The notes under the pieces were generated by a model. It had not been told where the DNA came from, did not search any database, and was given only the letters and a program-made list of their open reading frames with translations. Positions 19,253 to 31,111 of a stretch of DNA of 64,000 nt are shown here, in pieces (position 1 is the first letter of the stretch; each line of letters begins with the position of its first letter). A program made the position numbers and the translations under genes. The DNA is taken from sequence record SRR2962707_1184; one strand, 5' to 3'.

Positions 19253-20419
19253 ATGACGATCGACGTCCATTCTTTCTATTCTCCAGAACGTTTCGCCCGC
19301 TTCAAAGCTTTTGCTGAAACAAAAGAAACCCCTTTTGTTGTGATCGACACAGCCATGATTGATGAAGCCTACACTGAAATTACAACAGGCTTCCCTGTGG
19401 CCGATATTTTTTACGCCATTAAAGCCAACCCAGCGCCAGAAATTCTGACTTTATTGCGTGACCGCGGCTCAAATTTCGACGTAGCATCGCGCTATGAGCT
19501 CGATAAGCTATTTTCTATTGGTGGCGTATCAGCTGACCGTGTTAGCTACGGCAACACCATTAAAAAAGCACAGGACGTTCGCTACTTTTACGAAAAAGGC
19601 GTACGTATGTTTGCTACAGATTCAGAAGCTGACCTACGTAATATTGCTAAAGCCGCACCTGGCTCTCGGGTCTATGTGCGCATTTTAACAGAAGGCACTG
19701 TTACTGCTGACTGGCCACTATCGCGTAAATTCGGCTGTCGACCAGATATGGCAATGGACTTGTTGGTATTGGCGAAAGAACTTGGCCTGATTCCATACGG
19801 CATATCTTTCCATGTAGGCTCTCAGCAGCGTGACATTGGTGCTTGGGATGCGGCGATTGCCAGTGTGAAGGTGATTTTTGAACGCCTAAAAGAAGAAGAT
19901 GGTATTGAACTTGAAATGATCAATATGGGCGGTGGTTTTCCGGCCAACTACATTACTCGAACCAATGAGCTATCTACCTATGCTGAGGAAATTTCGCGCT
20001 TTTTAGAAGAAGACTTTGGCGACGATTTGCCACGCATCATTCTTGAACCAGGCCGCTCTTTGATTTCGAACGCGGGTATTTTGGTCAGCGAAGTTGTGTT
20101 GATTGCACGCAAGTCCAACACAGCACTAAACCGCTGGGTATACACGGATGTGGGTAAATTCTCAGGCCTTATTGAAACACTGGATGAGTCCATTAAATAC
20201 CCTATCCATGTTGATAAGAAAGGCGAGTTGGAAGAAGTGATCATTGCCGGTCCTACGTGCGACAGTGCCGACATCATGTATGAGAACTACAAATACGGCT
20301 TGCCATTGAATCTGGCCATTGGCGACCGCATGTACTGGCTATCAACAGGCGCCTACACCACCACTTACAGTGCTGTGGAATTCAACGGCTTCCCGCCGCT
20401 GGCGTCTTACTACTTATAA
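19253..20419 (+). CDS. Fold-type III PLP-dependent ornithine/lysine decarboxylase
   Basis: YAIKAN (PLP Lys), KFG, FHVGSQ, GGGF, EPGR, GPTCDSAD, GAYT. Confidence 0.93.
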   Translation: MTIDVHSFYSPERFARFKAFAETKETPFVVIDTAMIDEAYTEITTGFPVADIFYAIKANPAPEILTLLRDRGSNFDVASRYELDKLFSIGGVSADRVSYGNTIKKAQDVRYFYEKGVRMFATDSEADLRNIAKAAPGSRVYVRILTEGTVTADWPLSRKFGCRPDMAMDLLVLAKELGLIPYGISFHVGSQQRDIGAWDAAIASVKVIFERLKEEDGIELEMINMGGGFPANYITRTNELSTYAEEISRFLEEDFGDDLPRIILEPGRSLISNAGILVSEVVLIARKSNTALNRWVYTDVGKFSGLIETLDESIKYPIHVDKKGELEEVIIAGPTCDSADIMYENYKYGLPLNLAIGDRMYWLSTGAYTTTYSAVEFNGFPPLASYYL

Positions 20420-20463
20420 TCTTCGTTCGCTTACTTTCCAGTAAGCCATCGTTAAAACACAGC

Positions 20464-20497
20464 GCCTCGCTGGTACCATCCAGCGGGGCTTTTTATT
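20464..20497 (+). terminator. Terminator after the decarboxylase
   Basis: GCCTCGCTGG-taccat-CCAGCGGGGC followed by TTTTT. Confidence 0.8.
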
Positions 20498-20581
20498 GCG
20501 CCTCACCATTAAATAACCATAAGCCGGTTGCAGCCATCGAGAAGTTAAGGATAATTGCCTTATCTATATAAGGAGAACACC

Positions 20582-21436
20582 TTGTCTTATTTTGTTAGCG
20601 ACCTCTGCATTTACCCAATAAAGTCCATTAAAGGCATCTCCCTAACCACCAGCCAAGTAAATCTAGATGGCTTATTAGGCGACCGACGCTACATGATCAC
20701 CAAGCCAAACGGTGATTTTTTGACGGGCAGAGAGTACCCTACGCTCACGTTATTAACGGCATTGCCATTGGGCGAAGATCGCTGGCAGTTAACCCATCCT
20801 AATGCAGAATCCCCTTTAGATCTTGATCCCAGCACCTTTAAAGAAGATTACCAAGAGGTGATCATTTGGGAGAACCCAGTAGCCGGACAATATTGCTCCG
20901 AACAAGCAAACCAGTGGTTCAGCAAAATCCTCAACGACGAGGTAGCCCTGGTGTACTTTGGTGACCAATCCTCCCGCGTCACCAGTCGTCGACCTGACAA
21001 ACCGGTTGCTTTTGCCGATGGCTACCCATTTTTGCTGACCACCAAGGCCTCACTCGACGAACTCAATAAAAGCTGTCCAGAAGACATCCAAATGGCGCAA
21101 TTTCGCCCTAACATTGTGGTCGATGGCGACCTTCCTTTTGCCGAAGACAGCTGGAAACGCATTAAGATTGGCGACGTCATATTTGAGAACGTCAAACCTT
21201 GTGAGCGCTGCATTTTCACCACCATCAACCCAGATACGGGCGAACGCAGCAGAAAAGGCGAACCGATGAAAACCCTTGGGAAATTCCGTCTTGTGAAAAA
21301 AGAAGGCGTGCTGTTTGGGATTAATCTGATTGCTGAAAATAGCGGCACTATTCAGCAAGGAGACCGCGTAGAAATTTTAGAATATCAAGCCGCGCCAGTG
21401 CTGGATGACAGGCGCATCAAGTCCTCTAAGCAGTAA
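20582..21436 (+). CDS. MOSC-domain protein (YcbX-like, no ferredoxin domain)
   Basis: IYPIKS, DRRYM, FADGYP, FRPN, KPCERC; TTG start after AGGAG. Confidence 0.9.
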   Translation: MSYFVSDLCIYPIKSIKGISLTTSQVNLDGLLGDRRYMITKPNGDFLTGREYPTLTLLTALPLGEDRWQLTHPNAESPLDLDPSTFKEDYQEVIIWENPVAGQYCSEQANQWFSKILNDEVALVYFGDQSSRVTSRRPDKPVAFADGYPFLLTTKASLDELNKSCPEDIQMAQFRPNIVVDGDLPFAEDSWKRIKIGDVIFENVKPCERCIFTTINPDTGERSRKGEPMKTLGKFRLVKKEGVLFGINLIAENSGTIQQGDRVEILEYQAAPVLDDRRIKSSKQ

Positions 21437-21454
21437 GTCTCGATCAATAGACAT

Positions 21455-21488
21455 AAAAAAAGGGAAGCCAACACTGGCTTCCCTTTTT
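21455..21488. terminator. Bidirectional terminator
   Basis: AAAAAGGGAAGCCA-acac-TGGCTTCCCTTTTT. Confidence 0.9.
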
Positions 21489-21510
21489 ATTTGCAATCAA
21501 AAAGCGATGA

Positions 21511-23097
21511 TTAAGCTTCTTGTTTTGCCAAGTATTCGTCGTAAGTACCGTGGAAGTCAACGATGCCTTCACTGGTTACTTCCATAATACGGGTTGCCAA
21601 AGAAGAGACAAACTCGCGGTCATGACTGACAAAAATCAAGGTGCCTGGGTAGTTTTCAAGCGCCAAGTTCAAAGACTCGATGGATTCCATGTCCATGTGG
21701 TTAGTCGGCTCATCCATTACCAATACGTTGGGCTTTTGCAGCATCAACTTACCGAATAACATACGACCTTGCTCACCACCAGATAAGACCTTAACAGACT
21801 TTTTGATGTCATTTTGCGAGAACAACAAACGCCCTAAAGTGCCACGAATAACTTGCTCATCGTCGCCTTCTTGACCCCACTGCCCCATCCACTCGATCAA
21901 ATCAACGTCTTTCTCAAATTCATGAGCGTGATCTTGAGCGTAGTAACCAATATTGGCATTTTCAGACCATTTCACAGTACCGCTCGTTAGCTCTGTATCG
22001 CCAACCAAACATTTCAACAAGGTGGTTTTACCAATACCGTTTGGCCCGATCACCGCAATGCGCTCGCCCACTTCCACCATCATGTTCAAGCCGCTGAACA
22101 ATTGCTCATCGTAAGACTTGGACAATTTTTCCACTTGAACCGCCATACGGTGCAATTTCTTTTCTTGCTCAAAGCGAATAAATGGGTTTTGTCGGCTAGA
22201 TGGCTTAACGTCTTCCAGCTGGATTTTATCAATTTGCTTCGCACGAGAGGTTGCTTGTTTGGATTTTGACGCGTTCGCAGAAAAGCGACTTACGAACGAT
22301 TTCAGCTCGTTAATTTGTGCTTTTTTCTTCGCATTGTCAGACAACAGACGCTCACGAGCTTGTGTCGCCGCGGTCATGTACTCATCGTAGTTACCAGAGA
22401 AAAGGCGCAACTCACCGTAGTCCAAGTCAGCCATGTTAGTACACACGGAGTTCAAGAAGTGACGGTCATGGGAAATAATGATCATGGTGCAATTACGCTC
22501 AACCAAAACCCCTTCCAACCAACGAATGGTGTTGATGTCCAAGTTGTTGGTAGGCTCGTCCAATAACAATATTTCAGGATCAGAGAACAAGGCTTGCGCC
22601 AACAATACACGCAGTTTTAAACCTGGAGCCACTTCACTCATTAGGCCGTAATGCTGTTCCGTTGGGATACCAACGCCTAACAACAATTCTCCGGCACGAG
22701 CGTCAGCCGTGTAACCGTCCATTTCTGCAAATTCTGCTTCAAGGTCGCCAGCACGAAGGCCGTCTTCCTCAGTCATCTCAGGGTTCGCGTAGATCGCGTC
22801 TTTTTCTGCCTTAACAGCCCACAATTCAGTGTGCCCCATGATCACAGTATCGATCACAGAATATTCTTCGTAAGCAAATTGGTCCTGTTTCAACTTACCA
22901 AGACGCTCATTTGGATCTTTGGATACGTTGCCGGAACTTGGCTCTAGATCACCGCCAAGGATTTTCATGAAAGTGGATTTACCACATCCATTTGCACCGA
23001 TTAAACCGTAGCGTTTGCCTTCTGCAAATTTTACGGAGACATTTTCAAACAAAGGTTTGGCACCAAATTGCATGGTGATATTGGCCGTTATTAACAA
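21511..23097 (-). CDS. ybiT: ABC-F family ATPase (YbiT type)
   Basis: Two NBDs ([23 protein letters not shown] twice), no TM, linker [15 protein letters not shown]. Confidence 0.9.
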   Translation of the reverse strand: MLITANITMQFGAKPLFENVSVKFAEGKRYGLIGANGCGKSTFMKILGGDLEPSSGNVSKDPNERLGKLKQDQFAYEEYSVIDTVIMGHTELWAVKAEKDAIYANPEMTEEDGLRAGDLEAEFAEMDGYTADARAGELLLGVGIPTEQHYGLMSEVAPGLKLRVLLAQALFSDPEILLLDEPTNNLDINTIRWLEGVLVERNCTMIIISHDRHFLNSVCTNMADLDYGELRLFSGNYDEYMTAATQARERLLSDNAKKKAQINELKSFVSRFSANASKSKQATSRAKQIDKIQLEDVKPSSRQNPFIRFEQEKKLHRMAVQVEKLSKSYDEQLFSGLNMMVEVGERIAVIGPNGIGKTTLLKCLVGDTELTSGTVKWSENANIGYYAQDHAHEFEKDVDLIEWMGQWGQEGDDEQVIRGTLGRLLFSQNDIKKSVKVLSGGEQGRMLFGKLMLQKPNVLVMDEPTNHMDMESIESLNLALENYPGTLIFVSHDREFVSSLATRIMEVTSEGIVDFHGTYDEYLAKQEA

Positions 23098-23435
23098 GGT
23101 AATCTTCCACTTTTCATGACGTAAATTTAGGCGCTTATTATCAGCTGCCCTTGATGGCGCGTATTATCGCACAAATACCTCTCACTCTTTAAGCCACAAA
23201 ATCATTATTGCGCGTAATAAAGCAAAGTAAAGTGACAGCACCTCTGTTTGGCACAGAGAATAGATTGTATTTTTGAACGCTTGGTTACATATTCGCTCTA
23301 ATGGTTACCAGAGAAAACAAAACACCCCTTTTCTTGAAAGAGGCGTCTACTTCACACTGTACCGTAAGCAAAACAGCTTAAGAATATCGCACAACAACCG
23401 ATAATAAAGATAACCAACATCGGCGGGAGAACATA

Positions 23436-23927
23436 ATGCGTACCGTCCAAGCATATGAAACAGAATTTGACATTTCACCCAAACGGCTTAAAGAAGGCTC
23501 TATTTTCGGCGCACTGTCAGAAGACGCCATACAATACCTTCTAGATAACGGCCTTATTCACGCCGCCCAAAAAGGCGATGAAATTTTCCACTACAACGAC
23601 AAAGGAGAGAGTTTTTACGCTGTCCTTCACGGCAGCCTAGACTTCTTCAAACAACACCAACACAAAGTATTACACACGCGTGACGTGGAATTTGGCGAAG
23701 CGATTGGTTTCGTCTCTATGGTGGCTCTTCATGGACGAGTGGGCACCGCCTACGCCAAAGAAGACAGCTTATTACTTGAAGTAACCAGCACCCTCTTCAG
23801 TGATTTCCATGACACTTACCCTTTCGATTTTGGAATACTATTGATGAATTTGGCCAGAGACATGGCGCGAAATATTAGAGAGCTCAGTAACGCACTGGTA
23901 GAGCATGAAGTTGGCGCGCACCTATGA
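23436..23927 (+). CDS. Stand-alone cyclic-nucleotide-binding domain protein
   Basis: GDEIF...D.GESFY.VL.G and FGEAIGFVSMV...R.GTA.A pattern; ends without an HTH. Confidence 0.8.
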   Translation: MRTVQAYETEFDISPKRLKEGSIFGALSEDAIQYLLDNGLIHAAQKGDEIFHYNDKGESFYAVLHGSLDFFKQHQHKVLHTRDVEFGEAIGFVSMVALHGRVGTAYAKEDSLLLEVTSTLFSDFHDTYPFDFGILLMNLARDMARNIRELSNALVEHEVGAHL

Positions 23928-24139
23928 CATCTGCATCATTAAGACAGTCACCAGGGCGGATCATAAGGCAATGAAAGAAGCGTGATTTAAGCTTGCATTG
24001 AAAGGGAATGGCATTAAAAACGAATGGCACTGAAAGAAGTTCATCAGCCTCCAGCAACGGCTGAAGCAAAAAGGTAAAAAAACTGAATCTACATTAAGCG
24101 AGCCACAGATTGATCTTCTCAACCTGTGGCCAAACAACA

Positions 24140-24490
24140 CTATTTCTCAGCGGCAACCACGGAAATCTCCACTAACAACTCCGCTCTGGCCATACGCGCT
24201 TCAACACAGGCGCGTGCTGGAGCATGACCTTCTGGCACCCAAGCATCCCAAACAGCGTTCATGGCAGCAAAGTCTTTCATATCACGAATGTAGATAGTCG
24301 CAGACAAGATATGCTCTTTATCAGACCCTGCTTGCGCCAACAGATTTTCCACTTTATCGAGCATGGTCGCCGTTTGCTCAGTAATATCAGTATTGGCATC
24401 CGCCCCTACTTGACCACAAAGGTAAATGGTTCCTTGATGCTTAACAATGCGACTCATGCGCTGGGCAGTTTCCATACGTGTAATAGACAT
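24140..24490 (-). CDS. RidA/YoaB-family protein
   Basis: [40 protein letters not shown]. Confidence 0.92.
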   Translation of the reverse strand: MSITRMETAQRMSRIVKHQGTIYLCGQVGADANTDITEQTATMLDKVENLLAQAGSDKEHILSATIYIRDMKDFAAMNAVWDAWVPEGHAPARACVEARMARAELLVEISVVAAEK

Positions 24491-24604
24491 AAACAAATTC
24501 CTCTAATGATTGCTTAACGGGTGAATGGGGACAATCTTAACAAATAAAAAATAGAGAATCCCACTTAAAAACAACCAAGATACAAAATATGATATGGCTG
24601 TTTT

Positions 24605-25213
24605 TTAGAATTCCAGTCCTTTCTGTGCCTTTATGCCGCGCTTAAAAGCATGTTTCACTTCTTTTATCTCGCTCACCGTGTCGGCTAACTCAACCAGTGA
24701 TTCCGACGCTCCTCTGCCAGTTACCACAAGATGCTGAGTGTCTGGTCGATTCATCAATGCCTCCAACACCACACCCTCTTCAAGGTATTCGTAGTGCAAC
24801 AAATAGGTCAATTCATCCAACACAACCAAATCAAAAGCAGGGTCTGCCAACATGGCTGCCGCTTGCTGCCATGCTTCATTAGACGATGCGATATCCGCCT
24901 CACGGTTTTGCGTTTCCCAAGTAAAACCCGACGGCATAATCTCCCACTGAACGTTCGGCTGCGCTTTAAAAAAGTCTATCTCGCCCGTGTTCCATTCGCC
25001 TTTTAAAAACTGCACTACCCCCACTTTCATACCGTGACCCAAGGCGCGCGCCACCATACCAAGCGCCGAGCTGGATTTGCCCTTGCCATTGCCGGTCAGC
25101 AACACAAAAGTCCCCTTGTCTTCTTGCGCTTTAGCAATGCGTTTATCAACGTGCTTTTTGATTGCTTGCATGCGCAATTGATGCTGTTCTGGATCTTTAA
25201 TGGTTTTTGCCAT
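24605..25213 (-). CDS. cobO: Cob(I)yrinic acid a,c-diamide adenosyltransferase
   Basis: TGNGKGKSSSALG, VVQFLKG, GFTW, LVVLDE, VTGR, ADTVSE..KHAF..G..AQ.G. Confidence 0.95.
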   Translation of the reverse strand: MAKTIKDPEQHQLRMQAIKKHVDKRIAKAQEDKGTFVLLTGNGKGKSSSALGMVARALGHGMKVGVVQFLKGEWNTGEIDFFKAQPNVQWEIMPSGFTWETQNREADIASSNEAWQQAAAMLADPAFDLVVLDELTYLLHYEYLEEGVVLEALMNRPDTQHLVVTGRGASESLVELADTVSEIKEVKHAFKRGIKAQKGLEF

Positions 25214-25356
25214 CGTGTTCTCCATTCACTGTTAGAAAGTCATTATTGACACGGATTTTCTAGACACTGGCTGCTAAAAAACACCTTCTAGAAAGTAAAA
25301 AAACCTTACCTACGACCAAGCATAGATAAGGTTTAACCGATTCACTCGATGTTTTT

Positions 25357-28300
25357 TTAGATACGGTCGTCTTCTGGATCGTAACCAAGGTTTGGTGATA
25401 ACCAGCGCTCGGCATCGTCTTTTGACATGCCTTTACGAGCCGCGTAATCATCCACCTGATCTGGACCTATTTTGCCCACACCAAAATAGGTGCTGTCTGG
25501 ATGCGCAAAATACCAGCCACTTACCGCAGCGGTCGGTAACATAGCGAAGCTTTCTGTAATTTCCATATCAATTTTATCTTTGACATCCAACAACGACCAA
25601 AGCTTAGCTTTCTCAGTATGATCCGGGCACGCAGGATACCCTGGCGCAGGACGCATCCCTTGATATTTCTCTTTGATCAACTCTTGATTGGTTAACGTCT
25701 CTTCTGCGGCATACCCCCAGAACTCTTTACGTACTCTTTCATGGAGGTATTCGGCCGTCGCTTCTGCAAGACGATCCGCCACCGCTTTAATCATAATAGA
25801 GTTGTAATCGTCATGGTCTGCCTCGTAGGCTGCAACCAAAGGATCAATACCAAAGCCTGCGGCACAAGCAAATGCGCCCATATAATCCGCGACACCACTG
25901 TCTTTAGGCGCCACAAAATCCGCCAAGCTGTGATTGTATTTACCCGGCGCAGTCAGCTCATTTTGAATGCGTAAGAAAGACAGGCGTTCAATGACTTCGG
26001 TGCGAGTTTCATCCGCGTAAATTTCAATGTCATCATGATTCACTTGGTTTGCCGGGAACAAGCCCACCACAGCTCGCGCTTTTAAGCTCTTTGTGGCGAT
26101 CACTTCTTCGAGCATTTCCAGCGCATCGTGATAGACACGAGTCGCTTCTACACCAACCACCTCATCCGTTAGGATGCGCGGATAAGCGCCCGCCAATTCC
26201 CATGTTTGAAAAAATGGCGTCCAATCGATGTAATCCTTAACCACATTCAAATCAATGTCATTTTCCGTTAACACAGTAATGCCAAGCTTACTTGGTTTAA
26301 CGATATTATTTTCAAACACCAGCGGCGCTTTATTAAGACGCGCCTTGTCCAAGGACACACGACGACCCGCTTTAGCGCGATCTTTATAGCGGATACGTGT
26401 TTTCTCATAATCCAGCTTGATCTCATCAACAAATTTCTGACGACGCTCCGTATCTTTACTCAGTAAAGCACTGGCCACACCGACACTACGAGACGCATTG
26501 GTTACGTGTACAACTTGGTTGTTCTTGTAGTTTTGCTCAATTTTTACCGCGGTATGGGCTTTAGAAGTGGTCGCCCCACCAATCATCACAGGCAAAGTAA
26601 AACCTTGGCGCTGCATTTCTTTTGCCACGTGCACCATTTCATCCAAAGATGGGGTAATCAAACCGGACAGACCGATCATGTCAGCCCCTTCTTCTTTGGC
26701 GGTACGCAGGATTTTCTCAGCCGGTACCATAACGCCCAAGTCGATCACTTCAAAGTTATTACATTGCAACACCACACCCACGATGTTTTTACCGATATCG
26801 TGCACATCGCCTTTCACTGTGGCCATCACAATTTTGCCATTACTAGAAGACGCCGTGTCCATGTTGCGGGCTTTTTCTTCTTCGATATAAGGCATCAAAT
26901 ACGCCACCGCTTTTTTCATTACGCGAGCGGATTTCACCACTTGCGGCAAGAACATTTTGCCGGAGCCAAACAAGTCACCAACAATGCCCATACCGTCCAT
27001 TAATGGGCCTTCAATCACCTCTAATGGTCGATCAAACGCCAAGCGAGCTTCTTCTGTGTCTTCGTCTATAAACTCTGTGATGCCTTTTACCAAAGCATGA
27101 CTTAAGCGCGCAGAAACGGGCAAACCGCGCCATTCTTGGGTTTCTTTTTCAGCCACTTCACCGGTGCCGGCAAACTCTCCCGCCATCGCCAACAAATTGT
27201 CGGTCGCATCCGGTGTTCTGTTTAGTACCGCATCTTCAACCGCATCGCGCAGTTTTAGAGGAATGTCTTCATACAAGGCCAATTGACCGGCATTGACAAT
27301 CCCCATGGTCATGCCTTGCTTAATCGCATGGTACAAAAAGACCGCGTGAATCGCTTCACGAACAGGGTTATTACCACGAAACGAAAAAGACACATTCGAC
27401 ACACCGCCAGAGACTTTCGCATAAGGCAATTCACGAGTAATGTCGCCAGTCGCTTCAATAAAGTCCAACGCATAACGGTTGTGTTCTTCAATCCCGGTCG
27501 CAATGGCAAAGATATTAGGGTCAAAAATAATGTCTTCTGGTGGGAAGCCAACTTCGTCCACCAAAATCTTGTAAGAACGACGACAAATATCAATCTTACG
27601 CTGGCGAGTGTCCGCTTGGCCGGTCTCATCGAACGCCATCACAATCACAGCCGCGCCGTATTTCATTAGCTTGCGCGCCTGCTCTCTAAAGTTGTCTTCC
27701 CCTTCTTTCATGCTGATGGAGTTAACCACCCCTTTGCCTTGAACCCACTTAAGGCCGGCTTCAAGAATCTCCCATTTAGAAGAGTCCAGCATGATTGGCA
27801 CACGAGAGATATCCGGCTCTGAGGCGATGAGCTTCAAGAAACGCTCCATCGCTGCCTGAGAATCCAACATGCCTTCATCCATGTTGATGTCGATGATCTG
27901 AGCGCCGTTTTCCACTTGCTGACGCGCCACATCCAGGGCGGTGTCGAAATCCCCTTCTTTGATCAGGCGCTTAAACATTGCCGAACCTGTGACATTGGTT
28001 CGCTCGCCCACGTTCACAAACAAACTGTCGCCATCGATATTAAATGGCTCCAAGCCAGATAAGCGACACGCTTTTTCAATCGTCGGAATCACCCGTGGTG
28101 TAGACTGCTCGAACGCCTTCGCAAACGCTTCAATATGGCTCGGTCCGGTGCCACAGCAACCCCCAATAATGTTAATAAAACCGGAGTCGACCCAACCTTT
28201 GATCTCATCAAGCATTTCTTCTGGTGTTTCATCGTACTCACCAAAGGCATTAGGCAAGCCCGCGTTTGGATGCGCAGAAACATGGGTGTCAGCAATTCTA

Positions 28301-29097
28301 GACAGTTCGTCTATGTATTGGCGTAAATCTTTTGGCCCCAACGCACAGTTCAGCCCCACTGAAATCGGCTTGGCGTGAGAAATAGAGTTCCAGAAAGCCT
28401 CTGTTGTTTGACCTGACAAGGTACGACCCGATGCATCGGTAATGGTGCCCGAAATCATAATCGGGTAGCGCACTCCGGTTTTTTCGAAATAATCCAACAC
28501 CGCGTAAATGGCGGCCTTGGCGTTCAAAGTATCGAAAATGGTTTCGATCAGAATGATGTCCACGCCACCCTTGATCAGACCATCTACCGCCACCGTGTAA
28601 GCGTCGACAAGTTCATCAAAATGGATATTACGAAAGCCTGGATCATTCACATCTGGCGAAATTGTACAGGTACGACTGGTTGGTCCAACCGCCCCCGCCA
28701 CAAAACGTGGCTTATCAGGGTTTTGCTGAGTGAATTCATCCGCGGCTTCGCGTGCTAGGCGTGCGGATTCAAAATTAAGCTCATAACTCAGCGCCTCCAT
28801 GTGGTAATCCAGCATGGAGATATAATTGGCATTGAAGGTATTGGTTTCTATGATGTCCGCGCCCGCAGTAAGATAGGCACAGTAGATGTCTTTAATGATC
28901 TTTGGTTGCGTTAATGACAGTAAATCATTATTCCCTTTGACATCGCTTTCCCAATCCTCAAAGCGCGCACCACGATAATCTTTTTCTTCCAATTGATACG
29001 ATTGGATCATGGTTCCCATGGCACCATCGAGAATAAGCACATTTTCTGCTAAACGCTTCTCTATAATGGAATACGATTTGGACTTTACCACTGTCAT
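25357..29097 (-). CDS. metH: B12-dependent methionine synthase
   Basis: [30 protein letters not shown] (cobalamin His), [12 protein letters not shown]; start at ATG 29097 after GAGG. Confidence 0.98.
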   Translation of the reverse strand: MTVVKSKSYSIIEKRLAENVLILDGAMGTMIQSYQLEEKDYRGARFEDWESDVKGNNDLLSLTQPKIIKDIYCAYLTAGADIIETNTFNANYISMLDYHMEALSYELNFESARLAREAADEFTQQNPDKPRFVAGAVGPTSRTCTISPDVNDPGFRNIHFDELVDAYTVAVDGLIKGGVDIILIETIFDTLNAKAAIYAVLDYFEKTGVRYPIMISGTITDASGRTLSGQTTEAFWNSISHAKPISVGLNCALGPKDLRQYIDELSRIADTHVSAHPNAGLPNAFGEYDETPEEMLDEIKGWVDSGFINIIGGCCGTGPSHIEAFAKAFEQSTPRVIPTIEKACRLSGLEPFNIDGDSLFVNVGERTNVTGSAMFKRLIKEGDFDTALDVARQQVENGAQIIDINMDEGMLDSQAAMERFLKLIASEPDISRVPIMLDSSKWEILEAGLKWVQGKGVVNSISMKEGEDNFREQARKLMKYGAAVIVMAFDETGQADTRQRKIDICRRSYKILVDEVGFPPEDIIFDPNIFAIATGIEEHNRYALDFIEATGDITRELPYAKVSGGVSNVSFSFRGNNPVREAIHAVFLYHAIKQGMTMGIVNAGQLALYEDIPLKLRDAVEDAVLNRTPDATDNLLAMAGEFAGTGEVAEKETQEWRGLPVSARLSHALVKGITEFIDEDTEEARLAFDRPLEVIEGPLMDGMGIVGDLFGSGKMFLPQVVKSARVMKKAVAYLMPYIEEEKARNMDTASSSNGKIVMATVKGDVHDIGKNIVGVVLQCNNFEVIDLGVMVPAEKILRTAKEEGADMIGLSGLITPSLDEMVHVAKEMQRQGFTLPVMIGGATTSKAHTAVKIEQNYKNNQVVHVTNASRSVGVASALLSKDTERRQKFVDEIKLDYEKTRIRYKDRAKAGRRVSLDKARLNKAPLVFENNIVKPSKLGITVLTENDIDLNVVKDYIDWTPFFQTWELAGAYPRILTDEVVGVEATRVYHDALEMLEEVIATKSLKARAVVGLFPANQVNHDDIEIYADETRTEVIERLSFLRIQNELTAPGKYNHSLADFVAPKDSGVADYMGAFACAAGFGIDPLVAAYEADHDDYNSIMIKAVADRLAEATAEYLHERVRKEFWGYAAEETLTNQELIKEKYQGMRPAPGYPACPDHTEKAKLWSLLDVKDKIDMEITESFAMLPTAAVSGWYFAHPDSTYFGVGKIGPDQVDDYAARKGMSKDDAERWLSPNLGYDPEDDRI

Positions 29098-29235
29098 TAC
29101 CTCAATAAAAATATGCACAGTCACTATACTCAAATACCAGCACACTGGTGTTGAAAAATAGTAATGAGAAGTTGAATGATCTAAGGATGAAGCAAGCCGC
29201 CAGATTTGGCGGCCACTTACTAAAAAGAAAGGGGG

Positions 29236-30894
29236 TTAGCTGTTTTTGTCTTTGCGGTTAACACGACCGACTAAAAAGCCCCCCAACAAGCCAACTAAAA
29301 TAGCCATTCCCCAATAACCGTATTTATCCAACAAGTTGTTATTGGTTAACGCCAAGGTGTCACTGTCTCGATAGATTTGTCTCATAATTCGCTGACCTTG
29401 ATAATTCATCTGCTGAGAAATAAACAGATTCAAGGTGGCTTTTGGTCGTTCATTTAAGCCATTTACCCGCCAGCGCCATTGCAGCTGGCCATTTTGTATC
29501 ACGGCTTCGGCTTCGCTCGCACTCACCATTTGTATTGCACTGTCCGTCACCAATTCGGCCACATAGGTCTGCCCTGCTACAGGCTTGTCTACCGTGGCCG
29601 TCACCAAAATCTCAAACGTATTATGCAATGACATCTCGTTAGGGATTTGCCATCTTACATTGCTTAAACCGGAATCAATCTGTGCTTGTAAGGCGTTCAC
29701 TTCTGCTTGAAAAGGAATCAAACCATTCACTTGAGATTCCAGCGCTACCCGTTGGCTTTCACTGTTCTTGGCTCGTAGTTCAATCGCATCCAAGCGTTGT
29801 TGCAGTGTCGCTTGCTGCGCTTTTGACTGAGCCAAAGAGTCCGCCAGCCTAGCCTGTTCTTGCTGCTGATTGACCAGCATTGATCGGCTTTTTGCCAGTT
29901 GCCTGTCGGCGGCCAAATTTAATTTACTCAGTGTCGATAAACGCGCTTCTAACGCCTTTAGTTTGGCTTTATCAGCAGCGCCCTTCTGCAATGAAGCTTC
30001 AAGTCCCGCCATCTCGTCTTGATAATCGGCAATCAAGGTTTTCTGAGCCTCGATAACACCGCTTAACTTAATAATATCACTGTGCAACTGCCCCGTATCT
30101 CGGCTATCCAGGGACGCTTGATCAACGGACGATGTGGTGCCTTTTTGCAAGCCATCTATCGTCTCTCTTTGTGAATGCACTTTCGTCCATAAGATTTGGT
30201 TTTGCGATCTTGCCGCAGCGATCTGCTCCGCCAGACGACGATTTTCTTGTTGCAAAAACGCCAATGATTGCTGATTGGTTTGATTTTCGTTGCTCAGCGC
30301 GGCGTATTTTTCTTGCAAGACAGCTTGTTTTTTAATCAACGACTGGTAGGCCTGATTCAGCGCATAATGCTCTGAATCCAGAGTTTGAAAGCTGTTATTC
30401 AAATCCAGAAAATGTTGACTAGAGGAAGCAAAAACGGACTCAGAGGACGAATCCATTTGCTGTGCTTTGCGCTTGCTTTCCAAGGCTTTTATTTGGTCAA
30501 CAAGGTGATCATTTTCTACTTTTAATTCAGCGTACTGAGATTCTAGACTGTTACGTAAACGCCTTTCTTTTGCCAATGCCAACAAAGATTCGGCGTCTGC
30601 CTCACCCGACTCCAGCAAAGCAATGGCGCTGTCTTTTTTATCAAGCGCGGTATGAAGGTCCACTAACTGGGCATCATTATTTGCCAACGCTTTTTTTAGC
30701 GCCGCAATTGCTTGTTGGTTGTCCCTGTTTGTCTCAGCAAGCTTGCTACGATATTCAGCGAGGTCAGCGGTGGTCGCCTCTCCTTCGATCTGTTTGGTGC
30801 CTTGATCTTGGGATGTAGAAGTCGTTGTCGTAGTGCATGCTGACGCCATTAACCCTAAAGCAACAGGAATTAAAATAGTCATGCGCGTTGTCAT
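29236..30894 (-). CDS. Hypothetical coiled-coil lipoprotein with C-terminal TM
   Basis: Signal peptide ending LMASAC, about 370 aa heptad-rich region, beta-rich domain, hydrophobic C-terminal helix with a basic tail. Confidence 0.75.
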   Translation of the reverse strand: MTTRMTILIPVALGLMASACTTTTTSTSQDQGTKQIEGEATTADLAEYRSKLAETNRDNQQAIAALKKALANNDAQLVDLHTALDKKDSAIALLESGEADAESLLALAKERRLRNSLESQYAELKVENDHLVDQIKALESKRKAQQMDSSSESVFASSSQHFLDLNNSFQTLDSEHYALNQAYQSLIKKQAVLQEKYAALSNENQTNQQSLAFLQQENRRLAEQIAAARSQNQILWTKVHSQRETIDGLQKGTTSSVDQASLDSRDTGQLHSDIIKLSGVIEAQKTLIADYQDEMAGLEASLQKGAADKAKLKALEARLSTLSKLNLAADRQLAKSRSMLVNQQQEQARLADSLAQSKAQQATLQQRLDAIELRAKNSESQRVALESQVNGLIPFQAEVNALQAQIDSGLSNVRWQIPNEMSLHNTFEILVTATVDKPVAGQTYVAELVTDSAIQMVSASEAEAVIQNGQLQWRWRVNGLNERPKATLNLFISQQMNYQGQRIMRQIYRDSDTLALTNNNLLDKYGYWGMAILVGLLGGFLVGRVNRKDKNS

Positions 30895-31043
30895 TATCCG
30901 CTCCTTAATAAACCCAAGGTCAACAATAAGTTAGATCACTTATGCCAGATTTCAAGGTGGAATGCAAAAAAGGCGTCAAGTTCGTGTTTTTATTTTGTAC
31001 ACACTAACTCAGTCACGTCGCGACTAGGCACTCTAAAGGCGAC

Positions 31044-31081
31044 AAAAAAATACCCCACGCCAGACATGACGTGAGGTATTT
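31044..31081 (-). terminator. Terminator after pepN
   Basis: AAATACC.CACG...CGTG.GGTATTT stem with a 7-T run on the minus strand. Confidence 0.75.
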
Positions 31082-31111
31082 GAAACAGTGCTAAAATGTT
31101 ACATTTAGACG

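Noticed and set aside
23249..23263. sigma-54 promoter at TGGCAC
   Set aside because: The -12 position reads ATAG, not TTGC.
29098..29235. Cobalamin or SAM riboswitch before metH
   Set aside because: The region is too short and lacks recognisable conserved boxes.
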